Counted from the first letter of the stretch, positions 39,380 through 54,700 are shown. The stretch is DNA of 64,000 nt from Kudoa neothunni (GCA_964304625.1 OZ199840.1:7293635-7357634); one strand, 5' to 3'. The notes: generated by a model from the letters alone, not told the origin. A program made the numbers and translations.

Positions 39380-41664
39380 ATGCATGTCTTGTTTGAGTCA
39401 CCAGCTGGGTACGCCCTCTTCCAGGTATTACACATCAATCACCAACAATAAACATTAAATTTCTAGGTGTTGGATGACGACAAAATCCGACAAGTTGAAT
39501 CTATATATCAGCAGTTCTCCAATGCCGATAAAGCTAGAAATTTGTAACATTGCCGCCACGTAACTCTCTGAATATTGTGGTAAATATAGGTTGCAAGTGA
39601 AAAAATTCAGCAAGTTTGGGGATACAGTTGAAGCCTTGACATGTATTATTTAATGTTATATGGAATATATTGATCCCCCTTTGTAGCATTAACATCATTG
39701 AACGAAGGAAAACTACCGAAAAAATTAAAATCACTACTAAACAAGCAATTTGTGAAAGCTGGTATCTCTGATAGTTTGGCTGTTGGTGACACTAAACTCG
39801 GAACTTTGATCAAAGTTTGTCTCTCAATATTGCCATATACTTATTATCAATGATCTGTATTTTGTAGGAAAAATTCAACATTAATTGCTGCACAGATAGT
39901 AATGTTGTTGAATTGATCAGAGGCATTAGAAGCCAATTTAGCAATCTTGTTCCAGGTACAATTTTATAGTGTTCAACTGATTTACTATTGTCTACTAGAT
40001 GTATCCGACAACGATTTACACAAAATGTCCCTTGGATTAGCTCACAGGTTCTATTTTTTCGCATCGACTTTATTCCTTATTAAACAAATAAATAAATAAT
40101 AAATGTATGATTATAGTTTATCACGCTATAAGATGAAATTCAGTGCCGATAAATTGGATACCATGATTGTTCAGGCTGTGTCCCTGCTTGATGATATCGA
40201 CAAGGAGTTGAACAATTATATGATGCGTTGTAAAGAGTGGTACGGTTGGCATTTCCCCGAAATGAGTTCCATTGTTTCTGATGGTGTCGTCTACGCTAAA
40301 GTCATTCAAACTATGGGTAATAAGACAATACTTTGAATATTCGAGTTTATGTTTAATTTAGGTTACAAATCTAATGCTCATGAGACCGACTTGTCGTCTG
40401 TTATCAACAATGAAGATACTATTAATGCACTTAAAGCTGCAGCAGAAGTTTCTATTGGTACCGAGGTGCCAACGATTTATTTTCTACCACATTCTAAAAT
40501 CTACTCGAATTTGTAGATATCCGAATTCGATCTTATCAATATTAAAATGTTGTGCGACCAGGTATTATTGTAACCTGAGTTTGGCGGATGTTAACTCGAT
40601 GGCTAGATTGTAGAGATGTCCGAATATCGCACAGAGTTGTCCGACTATCTTATCAGCCGTATGAACATTGTTGCTCCGAATTTATCTGTGATTGTTGGAG
40701 AGGTTGTTGGTGCTAGACTTATTGCGCATGCAGGTAACATTGTCAAACATACTAAAAATGTTTGAGTTACGATTTTGCTGTTAGGTTCTGTGATCAATCT
40801 AGCCAAAAATCCATCATCTACAATTCAAATTCTAGGCGCTGAGAAAGCCCTTTTTAGGTAAATTGTATTTAAATTAAGTTTATTGACTGATCTCGTCTAA
40901 TAGAGCCCTAAAAGCTGGGAAAACTACACCTAAATATGGTTTGATTTATCACAGCTCAGTAGTTGCGCAAACCACTGCTCAATTCAAAGGACGAGTAATT
41001 TCTCACGTGGTTGAGTCTTGTTTTAATAATAAAATGGTTGTAAAGGCTTCTCGTTCTCTTGCTGCAAAAGCTGCTTTGGCTGTTCGATGTGATGCACTGT
41101 CTGACAACCAAAGTCGTCTTGAGTCTACTCTACGAAATCGTTCAATTATTGAAACTCGAATGAGAGCACTCGAATTGAACCAAGTTGCTCAACATACTTT
41201 GTGGCCAGTGTTTTTAGCTCATGTCGTTAGAATCGTCGCGTTACTGACACTGGAAAGTTCGCCCCGAAATTCGAAAAATCGCTGAAACCTTCGTAATCTC
41301 TTAGGTTTTTCAGCATAGTTTTTGTTCTTATTCATGTTTTAGGAATAAATCTTACAATCCAAAAGATGATTTCAATTTTTCTAAAGAAAAATTTCAACCA
41401 CAAAAAAGAAAGTTTGAAAATGTTGAGACTACTGAAATGGCCAGTGATGATGACGCTGACACATTTGAGCATTTCAAACAGGCTCAACATAATCATTCCC
41501 ATTCGAATGAGGAACCCGTCAAAAAAATTGAGAAATTTGATGATAACACTATGGAAACTGTAGAAAAGAAAAAAAGGAAGAGTAATCGATAAGGTTGTTG
41601 TGCGTTAACAACTAACACGTGATTTATTGCAGAGAAGAAGACGCACGATGATAGAGTGAACTAA
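39380..41664 (+). CDS. NOP58: Box C/D snoRNP protein NOP58, about 16 exons
   Basis: Complete in-frame splice: [104 protein letters not shown]; charged tail; TAA at 41662-41664. Confidence 0.96.
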
Positions 41665-42942
41665 TATAATGCCCGTTTAGATTTCAATTGTACTTGAATA
41701 ATATAATATTATAGTGTTGTTAATAAGTGATTTTTATCTTGCTCTTAATTCCTCATAATAGTCGCGGTTAATCTTCTATATTATAACTTAAAATCAACAG
41801 TGTTTATTGATTGCTTTTTGGGAATTTGCGAGAAAATGTATATTTTTTGTGCAATATCCATCTAATATCGTGCGTGGGGTACATAAAATTAAGCACGGTG
41901 AACCACCGGTATCCGAGATGGTACCTTCCGCAGCTCATCGTGGTTAAATGAAACATGCTAAAAAGCTCTTGATTATATCAACATATTTTATTTTGTGTAT
42001 TATTTAGCGATAAAATTGTATAATATCTGAAAAGACAACAAGAAACAATAAAGTATTAGCTAAAACTATAATTCAAGGTGGCTGTCACGCGTTTTACTGT
42101 AATCAACGAAAATCCATTTTACTGACACTAGCGCATCTTATTTGACTGTCATTTAAATCAGAAGTTATCGTCGAACTATACTATTTAATGAAATTTTTCT
42201 ACTGCCTCGACTTATTATTACGTATAATTGTTCATCTATAACAAAATTGAACCTCATCAAAAGGGAAGTGGGTTGTAATAAAATTAACTCTCAGCTTCAA
42301 TAGTTATGATTTTAGTGGAAACGGCGGTGTTGAAATTTATGTTGTGACTTCATAACATTGGTCCAACTCAATCAGTTTATCATGGTCTTATATCTGCATT
42401 CATAGCTACAGTAGAGGAATAGATGTAGTTAATTTATATTTGATTTCATCTTTGATCCAAATTGGAACCCATCAGTACACACACGCATCATTTTGTCGCA
42501 TGCCATACCCATACAGGAAAGATTAATTTCTAAGACAGGTGAAAACAATTTTAAACCTATACAAAAATTTATATAATTAATTTAAAAAAAATCAACTGTA
42601 TAAAATAACATTGTAGGTATACATGCACCTAAAATTAGACGTAGTCAAGCTCTCAATAATCAGATGAAGCTGTAGTAGCATTGACACGTTAGCTTATGGA
42701 TTCGGATGAAAGAAAGTGAAGTTAAATTATCATAATTGGCATAAACTTGTGATTTTAATATACACAAATTGTTATAACTTGAAAAATAATTGATTCTTAG
42801 TCGTAATCTATAGTTGAAAGGGAGGAATAATGCCAAAACTTACGAACTAAGATAACTAAAACATTAATTTGTAAAAATTAAAAATTTTAAAGGAAAAAAA
42901 ATAGTCATATGTTTATAAATTCAGCAGAAGATCCGATATTAA

Positions 42943-45210
42943 CCCTCTGAGTCACACGAAAATTTTACCCCTTCCAAGTAAAAATGGGGTAGAAATCTAC
43001 CCCAGAATTTTTTTACTAAAATTGTTTGAAATATAAAGTTATATAATCTTGAATAGTTCTAATAAATTCTATCGATTAGATTTCGATCAATTCAAGAAAC
43101 ATTGTTAGTAACCCCATTGTGCGCACGCATCGAATCGAAAGTACTTAATATTTTTCGCTGTACGCGCTTATCTTATCAAAAGTAAATTTATTTTTTTAAC
43201 TTAAATATATTCTTATAACGCAAAAGATTTTTTATTGGTTTATTGCGAACTAATAAATGCAATATTTACACAAACATCAACAAATATAACGAGAAAATGG
43301 TGTTATTTCTTGAAACATGCCAAAAATGTTTTTTACAGCAAAAACCAGAGCAAACATCGCGTCTATTGACAGTTTTTATATCGTCGTTTCTTCCGCACAA
43401 TCGACACCTTCCACTATTTCGGTTGTTTTGCCTAATTACGCCTGTTCTTTGAATTCGTGGAGCATTATTCACATGCTGGGAATTCTTAGAAATCAAGTGG
43501 AGAAATCATTTCTTCGGCCATTTTTTAACAAAATCCCTCCTCAGCAGATTCGTCGAATTAAATATTTCTTTGTAAATGCAAAAAGCATTGATCAACGAGA
43601 TGTCTAACATGTTGAAAAATACAACAAATGGCCAACGTCTGGTGATCCTTTTTGCAGTCAAGGATGCCAACATTCTCGCGATGGTATCAACTCCACCCTT
43701 GACTCAGTTGTAATAAGTTATAACTTCTGGCTTATGTGGTGGTTCATCGGCTATGTTTGTACTTGACGAAGAAGAACAGAGCATATAAACAGGCTTTTTT
43801 TTCTCTGCCAAATATCGCAATATCATCTTTTTGTTGTTAAAAGAAAAAAAGAGAAGAATTCACGATGCTTGCTCTAGTGGGTCTCAAATAAGGTGGGATC
43901 TCTCGTTTATTAGATCGCACGGTTCCCACCATTGTAATTTTGTTTGGTCAACAATTCATCCGCCAATTCTACAGACGTAAAAAAATTATCGCACACCAAA
44001 TTTCGCCCCAAACCATGAAAGGGCTCTATCAAATGTAACACGATTTCTTTTCCTACATTTGTAGCTCTTACAGCTTCATCATTACATTTTCCAAGATATA
44101 CACATATATTGGATACATACGTCGATAGAGGATCCACCAACAAGAAAAATTTTATCCCATACTTGGCGGGTTTCATGGGCATATATTGTTTGAATTTACA
44201 ACGACCCCGAAAGGCAACAAGTTGCTCATCAATGCAAATATCCTCGTATGGACGGAAACTTGAAGCAAGTAAATCTATCCAAATTCCCCAAATCTCGCGT
44301 ATATGACAAAATTTGTCCGCAGCCTTCCTTATTTCTCTTGTTTCTATGTTATCGAAATGAAGGGTACGCATGATTTGACGGAATCTATTGAGAGAAAACA
44401 AATCACGGTATATTTTTCTACCCTCTTCAGGATTAAACAATTCTTTTAACGGCTCTTGGTTATCTTTGTGGACACCCATTAGCAACAAACAACCAATAAA
44501 TGCGTCTAGTTCAATTTTGTCTAGTTGTATCCACTTATCACCATAAATGTGGGATCCAGATTGATTCGTGTATTTTATAATTATGTCATAAATTTGTTGA
44601 TTGATGAAAATACGAAATGTATCGACCATCGAGTTGATATTTTGTTTTATGATGGGGGAAACGCCGAAACGATTATACAAGATATTTTCAGCTGGTGTTC
44701 GGGTAGATACTGGAGCTTCAATATCCCATAATGTCCCATTCTTGTCAATAAGACTGTCAATTGGAAGATTTATATCAAAATCGCACCTATCTGAGGATTC
44801 TTCATCTAAGAGGCCGTAATAATTATCCGATGAGTCGGAATCTGAGCAACTTTCACTGTTATCGCACGAACTCATTGCGCACAAGAGTGTTCATAATAAT
44901 GTTTCTTAAATTTATCAAAATCTAATCGATAGAATTTATTAAAACTATTCGAGATTATATAACTTTGTATTTCAAACAATTTTAGCAAAAAAAATCTGTG
45001 GTAGATTTCTACCCCATTTTTACTTGGAAAGTATTATTGAAATAAAATTTTTTATATTTAACTGACACACGTATTTATTCTTTATATTTATACTATAAAA
45101 CAGGTTACAAGATTAGAATGAATTTTGAACATTGATCTTCTATTTATTAGGTAAAAAAATGACTCTGAACATCACGTGGGGTAGATTTCTACTCAATTTT
45201 ACTTGGAGGG
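42943..45210 (-). mobile_element. Near full-length piggyBac element; transposase has frameshifts and one stop
   Basis: TTAA-CCCTC ... GGAGGG-TTAA ends. ORF from 44875 carries IDEQL, KPAKYGIK, CDNFFTS; then YN*VKGGVD, TRRWP and Cys-rich CRLC..C..CCKKH at 43266-43496. Confidence 0.95.
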
Positions 45211-45526
45211 TTAAGGACATTATCAAAAAAAAAATAAAACTAAAATTACAAATTTTTTCCATGGAAGAATTATTTTAAATTTACTGCTAAATAATTTGTT
45301 GAGCCATTTTCTTTATCATTATTAAAATAATTTTCATGAAGTATCGCGCTCGCAAGTGCGAAAATTAGAATTGACCAATTTGGCGCACTTTTTTCTAGTT
45401 TCCCAGGGGAATATTTGAAAATAATTTCTCGCTGTATTCACTGTATATATAGAATGATAAAAATGACGAAAAATTGTTTCAAATTATAAAACACATTATA
45501 GGGTTAAACTAAGCAAAACTGTTGAT

Positions 45527-48500
45527 TCATAACCATTGATTGTAAAGATTCTTCCTTTTATTGAAAATTCTTGAAAACCATAGAACAATAAAAAGTGCGA
45601 CGATAAAGATCACCACAAAGTAATGGTCAAAATTGACACTTAAAATATCGAAGGGGGCACCATGCAAGCCTACCAAATGACTACAATATAGACCATTTAA
45701 CGAAGCAGCACAAACAATTGAGGTAGATTCTAAGTGACTAGGGAATGTGACAATGCTTGACACATTCATTTCTAAAATCTAATTCAGAAAAAAGAAGCCA
45801 AACAAATATCGTTACGGAGATGATTCTTATTGACAATATTTGTTGGATGTTGTTCTATTTGTGGATAATAGTCAACAATAGTGGCAGCAGAGTCGGCAAT
45901 ATTTGACTTGTAGTTTCTTCTAGGATCCAATAATTTCTAAAACAATTTATTTCAACAGTATATCATATAAATTAAAGCATACATAAGGAACAACCCATAA
46001 TCGGCCATTTTGCAAAGATAAAATTAGCGATTTATGCGAGAATCCAAAGTTGGTTGCCGTTGTAGCAGCCGCAATGATGTTGTAAGCACCCAAAAGGTAG
46101 GTTTCTGTCAACACTAATAAATTTTGATCACTAAACTTATTTTCTTTTTCTCCGCTTTTATAATAGAATCCAAGAACTGATACAGTTGATAATTTGGAAC
46201 GATAATTTGTGGAAATAATTGTACACACATTGGATACAACGTTAACGAGTACAGTGGAGGGAACCAAAATATTATGTTTAACAAATCCTTTGATCAATTT
46301 TCCAGTTTCGCTGTCAATAAACATGACATTTAGCGCATATGGATTGGCAGCCGTAGTGTTATTTGTATGAGTTTTACTGCTGGATGGTTGTACAGTCATA
46401 TATGATACAGCGACAATTTTTTCTAAATGGAGTGATTTATAAGGCTGATTGTGGAACACCATTTTGGATTTGTCATTGTAATATTCAGAGACAGACAAGT
46501 GAGTACTGATGTAAGAAGCATCATTGGGAAGATTAATATTCCATCGATTGATTATTGAAAATTCAGATTTCTTGTTGATGGAAAGAACTGATCCAACAAT
46601 ACTATGATTTTTTTGATACACAATATTGAAAGAAGGAATTTTTGACATGGATTCTAATCTGGAATGTGAAGGGAAAACAAATATGTCATCGTATGTGTTG
46701 GTGGCAAAAACAAGGGCGCTTGAGAGTTGGAAAATATGTAGCGGTTGACATTCGTTAATATTATTATTGTTGAGCAGTGTGTAGAGTCCTGGTTGGGAAG
46801 CGTTAGAAGAATGGAAGCGTTTTGTGTTGACGGAGTTTACGAAATCATCATTGTTAATTGGGCTTCCAGTTAATGGATCAAAAACCCAAATTGCTATTTG
46901 GCAGCGATTATCACTAATAACTTTTCCAACAACTGCCGCAACCGAGGAACGATACGTACCACCTTTAACTTCGGCTCTGTCCATCAAAAAAATTGGGAGT
47001 GAATTGTTTTTAAAAGGATCAGCGTCGAATGGAGAAAAGATATGCAATTTACGACGCCACAAAATCTCTCCATCTTTTGAGTACAAACCGTAGACGTAAG
47101 ATTTGGAGGTGGTCACAAGGAGAATTGTAGAATGTCTTTGGTTTTTGTAAACAGTGAATTTTCTCGTCAATCCGAAATGAGTTCCAAATTGGATAAAGAA
47201 TTTGGCCAATGCAATGTACCCAATTTTTAGTCGATAGAACAAACGGGAAATGAATGAGTTGGATTGATAAGCTAAATTTTCATCCATATTAACTTTGCGG
47301 CGTTCCATAATCTCAATGGGGAGAATGTTGATAATGTCGCCCAAGTTAGATTCGCTGCTCCAATAATGTTTTCCGTTATGGAAAAGTTGCAACAGTTGAT
47401 TGCGATCACTGTCAAAATGCTGACACAACACATAAAGATTGTATGCATTATTCTCCACAGTCAAGATATATTTCATAGAGGATAGATGATAATTAGAATC
47501 GAAATTTTGTGGTTGGTTGAGTAGAGTTTCATACACAGGCAAAAAATCAATTCTATCCTCCTCAAATTGTAGTTCATAGATGGTCAGTTTGTGGTTAGCA
47601 TCAATAGTAGTGGTATCGTTGAGCACTGAAGCGAATCCTAAATGGATGTGCTGGGTGGACGAATCAGCTGACTGCATAACAATCACATCCGAAAAATGTG
47701 TCGGAATTTGGTTGGTTATATTAGCAATAATTCCATCCGCATAGAAAACATATTTAAGAGTGTTATCTACAGCAGAATGTAGTTCAAGTATGGAGTTGGA
47801 GTGGAATCGGGAAACAAATGGAATAGTTTCATTGATGCTTAGTCGATATTGGAAGTTGTCACGGTTTACAGTAAAAAGATAGGATTCATAACGATTTCTA
47901 TCTTTCTGCTGCTGGCAAAAACAAGCCAATCCATACGTAGAAATGTAACAATCTTGCGATAGATCAATATCAATGTTATGTGTTATAGTGGAGGAGTGAG
48001 GAGCCAATGTTTTAGGTTCACCAGTAATAACTGACACATCGAGAACCATAACTTGGTTATCTTTTTTATAGTAGAGAATAATTTTGGGTTGGTAATTCAC
48101 CGACGAAGCTTGCAATTTGAATGATTTTTCGAGTTGTCCCTCAGTTTTTAACGGTTGCAACATATAACTGAAGATAGATGATCCGCTATTTAGGTCGATG
48201 CGTTTGAGAATTAAATCATCAGTTAACAAAAACAATTGAACTGAGTTTGTTCCTCCATCAATGATAGTACACGCGTAGGTGAGAATTCGATCAACAACAC
48301 CTATCTTGTTGAGTTTATTCCCTGTTGATATATCCCATAAAATTATCTCAGAAAGACCTCTGTTCAGTACATTCGAATGCAATGTTACAAAAATTTCGTG
48401 GTTTTCGTATATCATTGTATAATTGGTTTTTGAAGACGAATCAACCTTGTAGAGTCGCTTTGGTTTGTTATCGTAATCACCCAAAGTAAATCTTTCAATA

Positions 48501-48679
48501 TGTGATGGAGTTAAAAATCTTATGTGTTTCATTTGAAAATCGGAAGAAGGGGAAAAATTCACATCAAACGATGATCCCACCGAATCCGAACTCCAATCTA
48601 CATTTTCCGCAATTTTCTCATACATATATAATTGGCCACGGCCGACCACCGATAGCAACCAAAGGACCACTACAAGCAT
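45527..48679 (-). CDS. EMC1: ER membrane complex subunit 1
   Basis: Signal peptide MLVVVLWLLSVVGRG; propeller repeats (GEILWRRKL, FDPLTG, IDSETGKLI); spliced LLDPRR and LESTS..FDILSVNFD-TM-RKNLYNQW C-terminus typical of EMC1. One ~2.7-kb exon plus two short 3' exons. Confidence 0.9.
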
Positions 48680-48787
48680 TACTGATCCTGTAACACAAGG
48701 AAGAGTTAGACGAATGGTACCGACAGGTCTTTCGGACAACTTGATTTTTCGGTTATTTCATTGTTTGAGCCATTTTAATAACTATCT
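48680..48787. promoter_or_regulatory. Putative bidirectional promoter between EMC1 and ZW10
   Basis: Divergent predicted ATGs at 48679 (-) and 48788 (+), 108 bp apart. Confidence 0.55.
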
Positions 48788-51700
48788 ATGACTTTGAATG
48801 AATATTTGAAAAATAATGGCTACAACGAAAACTTGCGTGGTGTATTAACCCGCGATTTAATCGATAATATGGTGGACAAAATTGGCAATTCAATTATTAA
48901 CAAAGAAGTACTTTTAACTTATTATCCATTATAATGAGTTTATTTTTTTTTGCAGAATATTGAAAAATATTCCAAAGATTCTAATGAATACAATCGTCAA
49001 CTAGATGAGATGGTGAGTATGAAGGATTCACTTGAACAGCTCGACAAATCCTACTCCGATCTATTTCAAAGGGCAACTGTAATAAAACATTCATAAATTA
49101 TTTTTGTGAGCGTAATTTAATAGAACATTCTTTATGTTAATCAATTGGATGATTTAAATAAAGAAATATCAACATCTATACTTAGATTGGATACTGTTGA
49201 TAAACAGTTGGATCAATATTTAAAATTGAAAGAAGTATTTAATTTAGAATTATAAACAAAGTGAGAATAACATTTACGTTAGATTTGCGAATTTTTGGAT
49301 CAGAATCAAAATATTACTACATCTAATATAGATTATTGCGTCGATTTCATGAAAATGGTTTAATATTTTGCTTAATTTAAATGTTTAATTTTTTAATACA
49401 TCTAGAAGGAGGAAATCCTTGTCAAAAATCAATCTAGTGAAGAGTGTATTCAGTTGTTGGTAAACTAATGTTGATTGTTTTATTAGCGTGCTAAAGTTGT
49501 TATTATAGAAACGTTCTAAGACGTTTGAAAAAAACGTCAAGCAATTTGTGTCGCGTTATTTTGTAAATATCATCGAGATAAATAGGCAAATACCGGTCGG
49601 ATTGACTATTATTAGAAAAGATTATGGTTAATTTATATTGTTAACTCTGATAATAATTCATTACAGACGAATTTATTAAATTACTGACGTATTTAAACAC
49701 TAATTGTGAACGAGAAAATGTTATGGCACTAATGAGTCATTTTTTGTTAATCGGCAGGATTAGATTAAATTTAGGTGAGTCATTGCTAGAATTTGTGAAC
49801 TGTATTTTAAACGCCTCAAAGTAAAACTTTTAGTAGATGAATATTAATATGACTTTAGAAATATGCCAAAAATTGTGGATAACTCTGGAGAGGTGTTTAT
49901 TTTATGATCATTTTAAAATTCACATTTTTAATTCTTTTTTATTTTTTTAATGGTTTGTAGAGTGTAAGTCTTTTATTTGAAGAACATAAAATTCCTATTT
50001 CTGCTGATCTCAATAAATTAAATGATTGTAGTAATCCTAAAGAATTTTCTGGTAGTTTATGAAAAAATACGGTTGTAGAATTGCACGACTGAACTATTAT
50101 TTTAGATTCTGGTCTTAGTATTATTGGAGTTTTTGTAGACTTTCTCTATAGAAATTTACCATATTTCGGTTATAAAATAATAAATATGAGGGAAAGCTTC
50201 GAATTATTATCTGACTTCAGAAAACAACTAAGTACAGCTATTTTTATTGGATTGTTTTCTAAATATGTTGATTTCTTAGTTGTTGGTCTTCTGAAAGAAA
50301 TGTTAAATAAATATTCGAAAATTTATAGAAAACAAGATTCTGCTAGAGTGAAAAAAATATTTTATTGAAATGATAAATCGTGTGGAAAATTTTGGTAATT
50401 TTTTGGTTGGTGCTGGTTATGTTGTTCATTTGCATTAACAATGTGAAGAAAGCTGCGACACTGCTGTAGACTTCACTTACAATCCCATCGAAACAGATGA
50501 CGAATTTTCAAGTGAAATCGACTTTCTCAGGAAATTAGAGCCAGAAAAATCAGCCGAAGTATTTTTGTTCATTTTCTCTGTTCAATCTATTGATAAGGGG
50601 TTATTTTGTATTCCAATAAATTCTTATTATTACTAATGCACCAAAGATGTGCTGTCTAAATTTTCTATTATATTTAAAATTAAAAAATGCATTTTAATGC
50701 ATAATTATCATGAAAATATAAATTTACACGCTTAAACTTTAATCACGTGCTCACTTACCCATATATGAAATACGCGTTTGTCCTTTTCTTTGTTATTTAT
50801 TATTTTATAATGTCTGATTTCACGTTTATATTACATTAAAAGGTTGAGATATCGACCACACAATTAAAATATTTGAGTTAAGCGGATCGGTTTTTCCCGA
50901 AAATTAATACAATGACATATGGGTCGTACGTAATATCGCAATAAAACGTAAAATAATGAATATATAGAAAATTTAATCTAAACTCTATAAAATTTATGAC
51001 AACAGTAACATATTACCTTAAGTTAACTTTAGAAAAGTTAAAATATCGATAGTTTTTATGCATTTTATGTGTCGTTCGCGATTATGACGCGATCGTAATG
51101 ATTTCCCTTTCATAACTACAAATATTATGGCTTTGGCGCCAACAGATGGTTAAAAAATTCTAGCTCTATCCCAAAAGTTGAAATTATAAAATATCAACAA
51201 GTAGCGAACAAATCAAACACTAAATTTGATACAATTATGATCTTTTCTGTAAAAATAAGATCTGCCTCGAATACTATTATAACTACATAGACTGGTTGTT
51301 TTATCATTATAACGATTGTTCTATTCAAAAGTAATAAAAACTCTCAAAGAAAAAAATATGGATTTTGACCTAGAGGTGAAAGAGTGGATTGAACTGATGA
51401 GAGCAAAATAGATAGAAGGTTCTCAATTTGTTTTTATTAATAAAGCTAATGAATTCCTTACGATGTCTCAGAATCAACACCTGTACCTATAAGTTGGCTT
51501 ATGATTTAATATAAAGATTTAATATTTCGCATAATACATTTTATAGTAAATCTTCAAATTTTAAAATCGTGTTCCATTACAAATTAATTCAAATATTAAA
51601 CTAAATAAGTATGCTAGTTGGTCGAAATATGACCTAATTTTTTAATTTGTCTAATTTCGCAAGCGCAAGGTTGTGTCGTGCGTAATGGTTTTAATTTCTC

Positions 51701-54700
51701 TTTTGATTACGCATGACCCATAGTCACTGTATATATATGTAATTGGTAAAAATGTTACCAACATTGTATGTTTATTAAAAATTTGCAAGTTTTTAAAAAT
51801 ATCTTAGTAAGTTTATTTTATTATCCAATAATAAACAATAATTTTGTTTTTCAACTCTGTACCATTATTTCCGAGTTTAATGGCAGGATTAGATATTTCT
51901 TGGGGCGCGTTTTATGAATTGTTTTTCGAGTATTTGTTGAAAATCTAAAGCAGATGTTTATTTTATTGTTCTTATTATGATGTGCTCTATCTGCTGACCG
52001 ATTTTGTGAAATTTTGGAATTATTATTTAATGTATTAGTAATCATCATAAATAAAAGATAATAGATATATACATTTGAATTTGTATTTACAAGAAAATTT
52101 AAATTGTTATGCAACTCAAATTCGCATCTTTCATTCACAATTGAGACTGCGACCATTCTCAAAATATTTCCCAGTCGTAACTTTTTCAACTTTCGCTTTC
52201 TTGATAATTTAAGCTTTTGAATTATTGTTTCAAGCTAAGCTGCATTATTTAAATGACCTCTTTTTATTTTATTCGAGATCTTCTCTTCAAGATCAGAATA
52301 AAGTATACAAATTTAACTCATCTAAGTTATGTCTATTGTAGCCCCGTAGATTTGATTGTATTTAATTCGTAAATAATTCTTTTGTGTATAGGTAGATTTA
52401 CTCGATAGAATACGTCTACTTTTCGTTGGAGACAACTTTTCGTTTATCACTTCTGTTAATAAGTCGGATATGTTTAAAGAATTACATTCAAACGATAGCA
52501 TTAACGATGTTATTGGATGTGACAAAGTAATTATATAATTATTTTCCTGTTTTTAGTTGAATATATATTTTTGTTAGGAGGATTTGGAAGTGAATCATCC
52601 TGAGTTTTGGAGAAAGTTACTCGAGCGCCCTTGTATACTGGGTGACTATTCCTTCGACATTAAAATTCATGAATTCGTTCACAAATTTATACTGCTAATG
52701 GCCGATTTTTACTTTAATAAACAAAAAAAGTAACAAAATTTGATTAAATTTATTTTTAAATATCTAAAAGTGAGAATCACTCCATTAAATTTAAAACTCT
52801 ACGAAATGGATACAAAATATTCACCATTATGGTCAAACACAAGCTTAACGAATGTAAAGTAGATTTTTTAATAACATTGATTTTTATTTATTCTGTATTT
52901 AGGGACAAATCACTAGCTTTGCATTTTTTTACAACGATTTGCAGATACTTAATTATTTTACAACTTCCCTCAACTTGACCTTCACTTCACATATCTCTTC
53001 TTCCCCCTCATGCTTGTTAACGCTTGGGGATTATATGATTGATTTTGATGATACTTTTAACCGTGCCATCACATCAGTACTGGTAAGTCATCTTACTTAT
53101 TACATAAATATTTGTGGATTAATGCAGTGGTTAGGTGATTTATGTTTGTAAACTTTTAATAAAGTAAAACGCCTTACATAGGCTTAGCATTGGTTGTTAA
53201 AATGTTCCAATAGATTTAATTCGCTTATTAAAATTATTTAATTCAAATAAATGGAAATTAGTACGCGGAAAAAATAATAGACCTATGCAACTGAAACTGG
53301 CTCCTCCACGCGACGAAAGTGTTTCTGATAAATCCTTTAAATCAGTATATTTTAAACGATAACATAACAATAGTTTGTTTTGTTAAATATATCAAAATCT
53401 TATATTATCGGTGATTGAGTGTTAGTAACGCGCTTAAATAACAACATTTGTTCAATCCCCTTTACTCATTTTTATATTTATACAAAGATTTTATAAAACG
53501 GAGTCTGAAACTATGATAAAAAAGCTCTTAGGAAATGACCAAGTATTTTATAAATAGTAGCTATTTTAAGGATAAATTTAGATTATTACTTGTTTTATCT
53601 TGTTACAACCGATTATTTTGCGATTTACCTATGCTTTGTATTATTTTCTGTTGATTCGGCGTAATTTTACCTGCTAAAAATAAGAGGAATTTTTTAAAAT
53701 TTTTATTCTGCATCACTCATTTTCTAATATGATGTTCTTATAAAACAGAAATATTAGGTCATCGTTTGTGATTTTTCATATTAAATCGATGTTATTTTTC
53801 AATTTTATACTAAATTTGATGTTTTATTGTCGGAGAAATAGAATTATTTTTGACTTTTCAACAGAAAGTTTTAATGGTGTAGCATGTCATACAATTTTCT
53901 GTTTTCTAGGCGTTTCTCGGTTTTTATTAAAACTGATTTGGTTTGTGTGACATTAATATTTTTGGAGTTTGGATAAAAATTTACTTTCTAAAGTTCGCAG
54001 AAAACCTATTTGGTCATCTCTCGATATCACGTAGCAAATTTGGATCGCTACTTCACCGCGATTCACGATTACTACATAACACCGAGGCGCGACTCTAATC
54101 ATTGTTAATAAACGTCAATTCGCCGGCGTGTTGAAATAAATATGTTCAAGTTATTTCCTTTCAAGACAACTAATTTTTTTACTATTTATTTAGCTCGAAT
54201 TAACTGTAAAGTTATCTTTGATCCGTGAGTTGATTTCAGGAATGTTATGTTACCTTCATTTATTTTTGAACATACACACAGTTTACATTTTTTCTCTATA
54301 ATATTTATTTGAATACATAAACGAGAGGTGAAAGGAATTTAATTGGCCAAATTAGTTTCGGCATGGAAAAAACATGTCAACAATAAAATCACTCATCTTT
54401 ACTTAAATTAAATTCATTATTAATTGAAAATTCTTATTTGACAAAACCTGCAAAAATATCCAATTAATCAATGCAGAATTTGCTATAATGATTATCATGT
54501 AGATGTTAACAACACTAGTTCATTGTATTAATTTACTAAATTATGTTGTAGAAACATTACAACAGTTCATTGGTAAAATCTACAAACCAACTTGAACTTA
54601 GTTTCATAAACAATAACGTTCAAAAACGCAATTCACATGCTTTGCATCAAGTAACTAAATGATGATAGTTTTTAGCTGTTAACATCCTCCGTATTACTAT

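Noticed and set aside
39425-41632. Intronic box C/D snoRNAs in NOP58
   Set aside because: Introns are only ~40-68 nt and no paired C/D boxes were seen.
39380-41664. Alternative genetic code or stop readthrough suggested by fragmented ORFs
   Set aside because: NOP58, SEC61B and NDUFAF3 (fully) and the traced parts of La, PELO and KNL1 splice into open frames with the standard code; the stops lie in introns or dead transposons.
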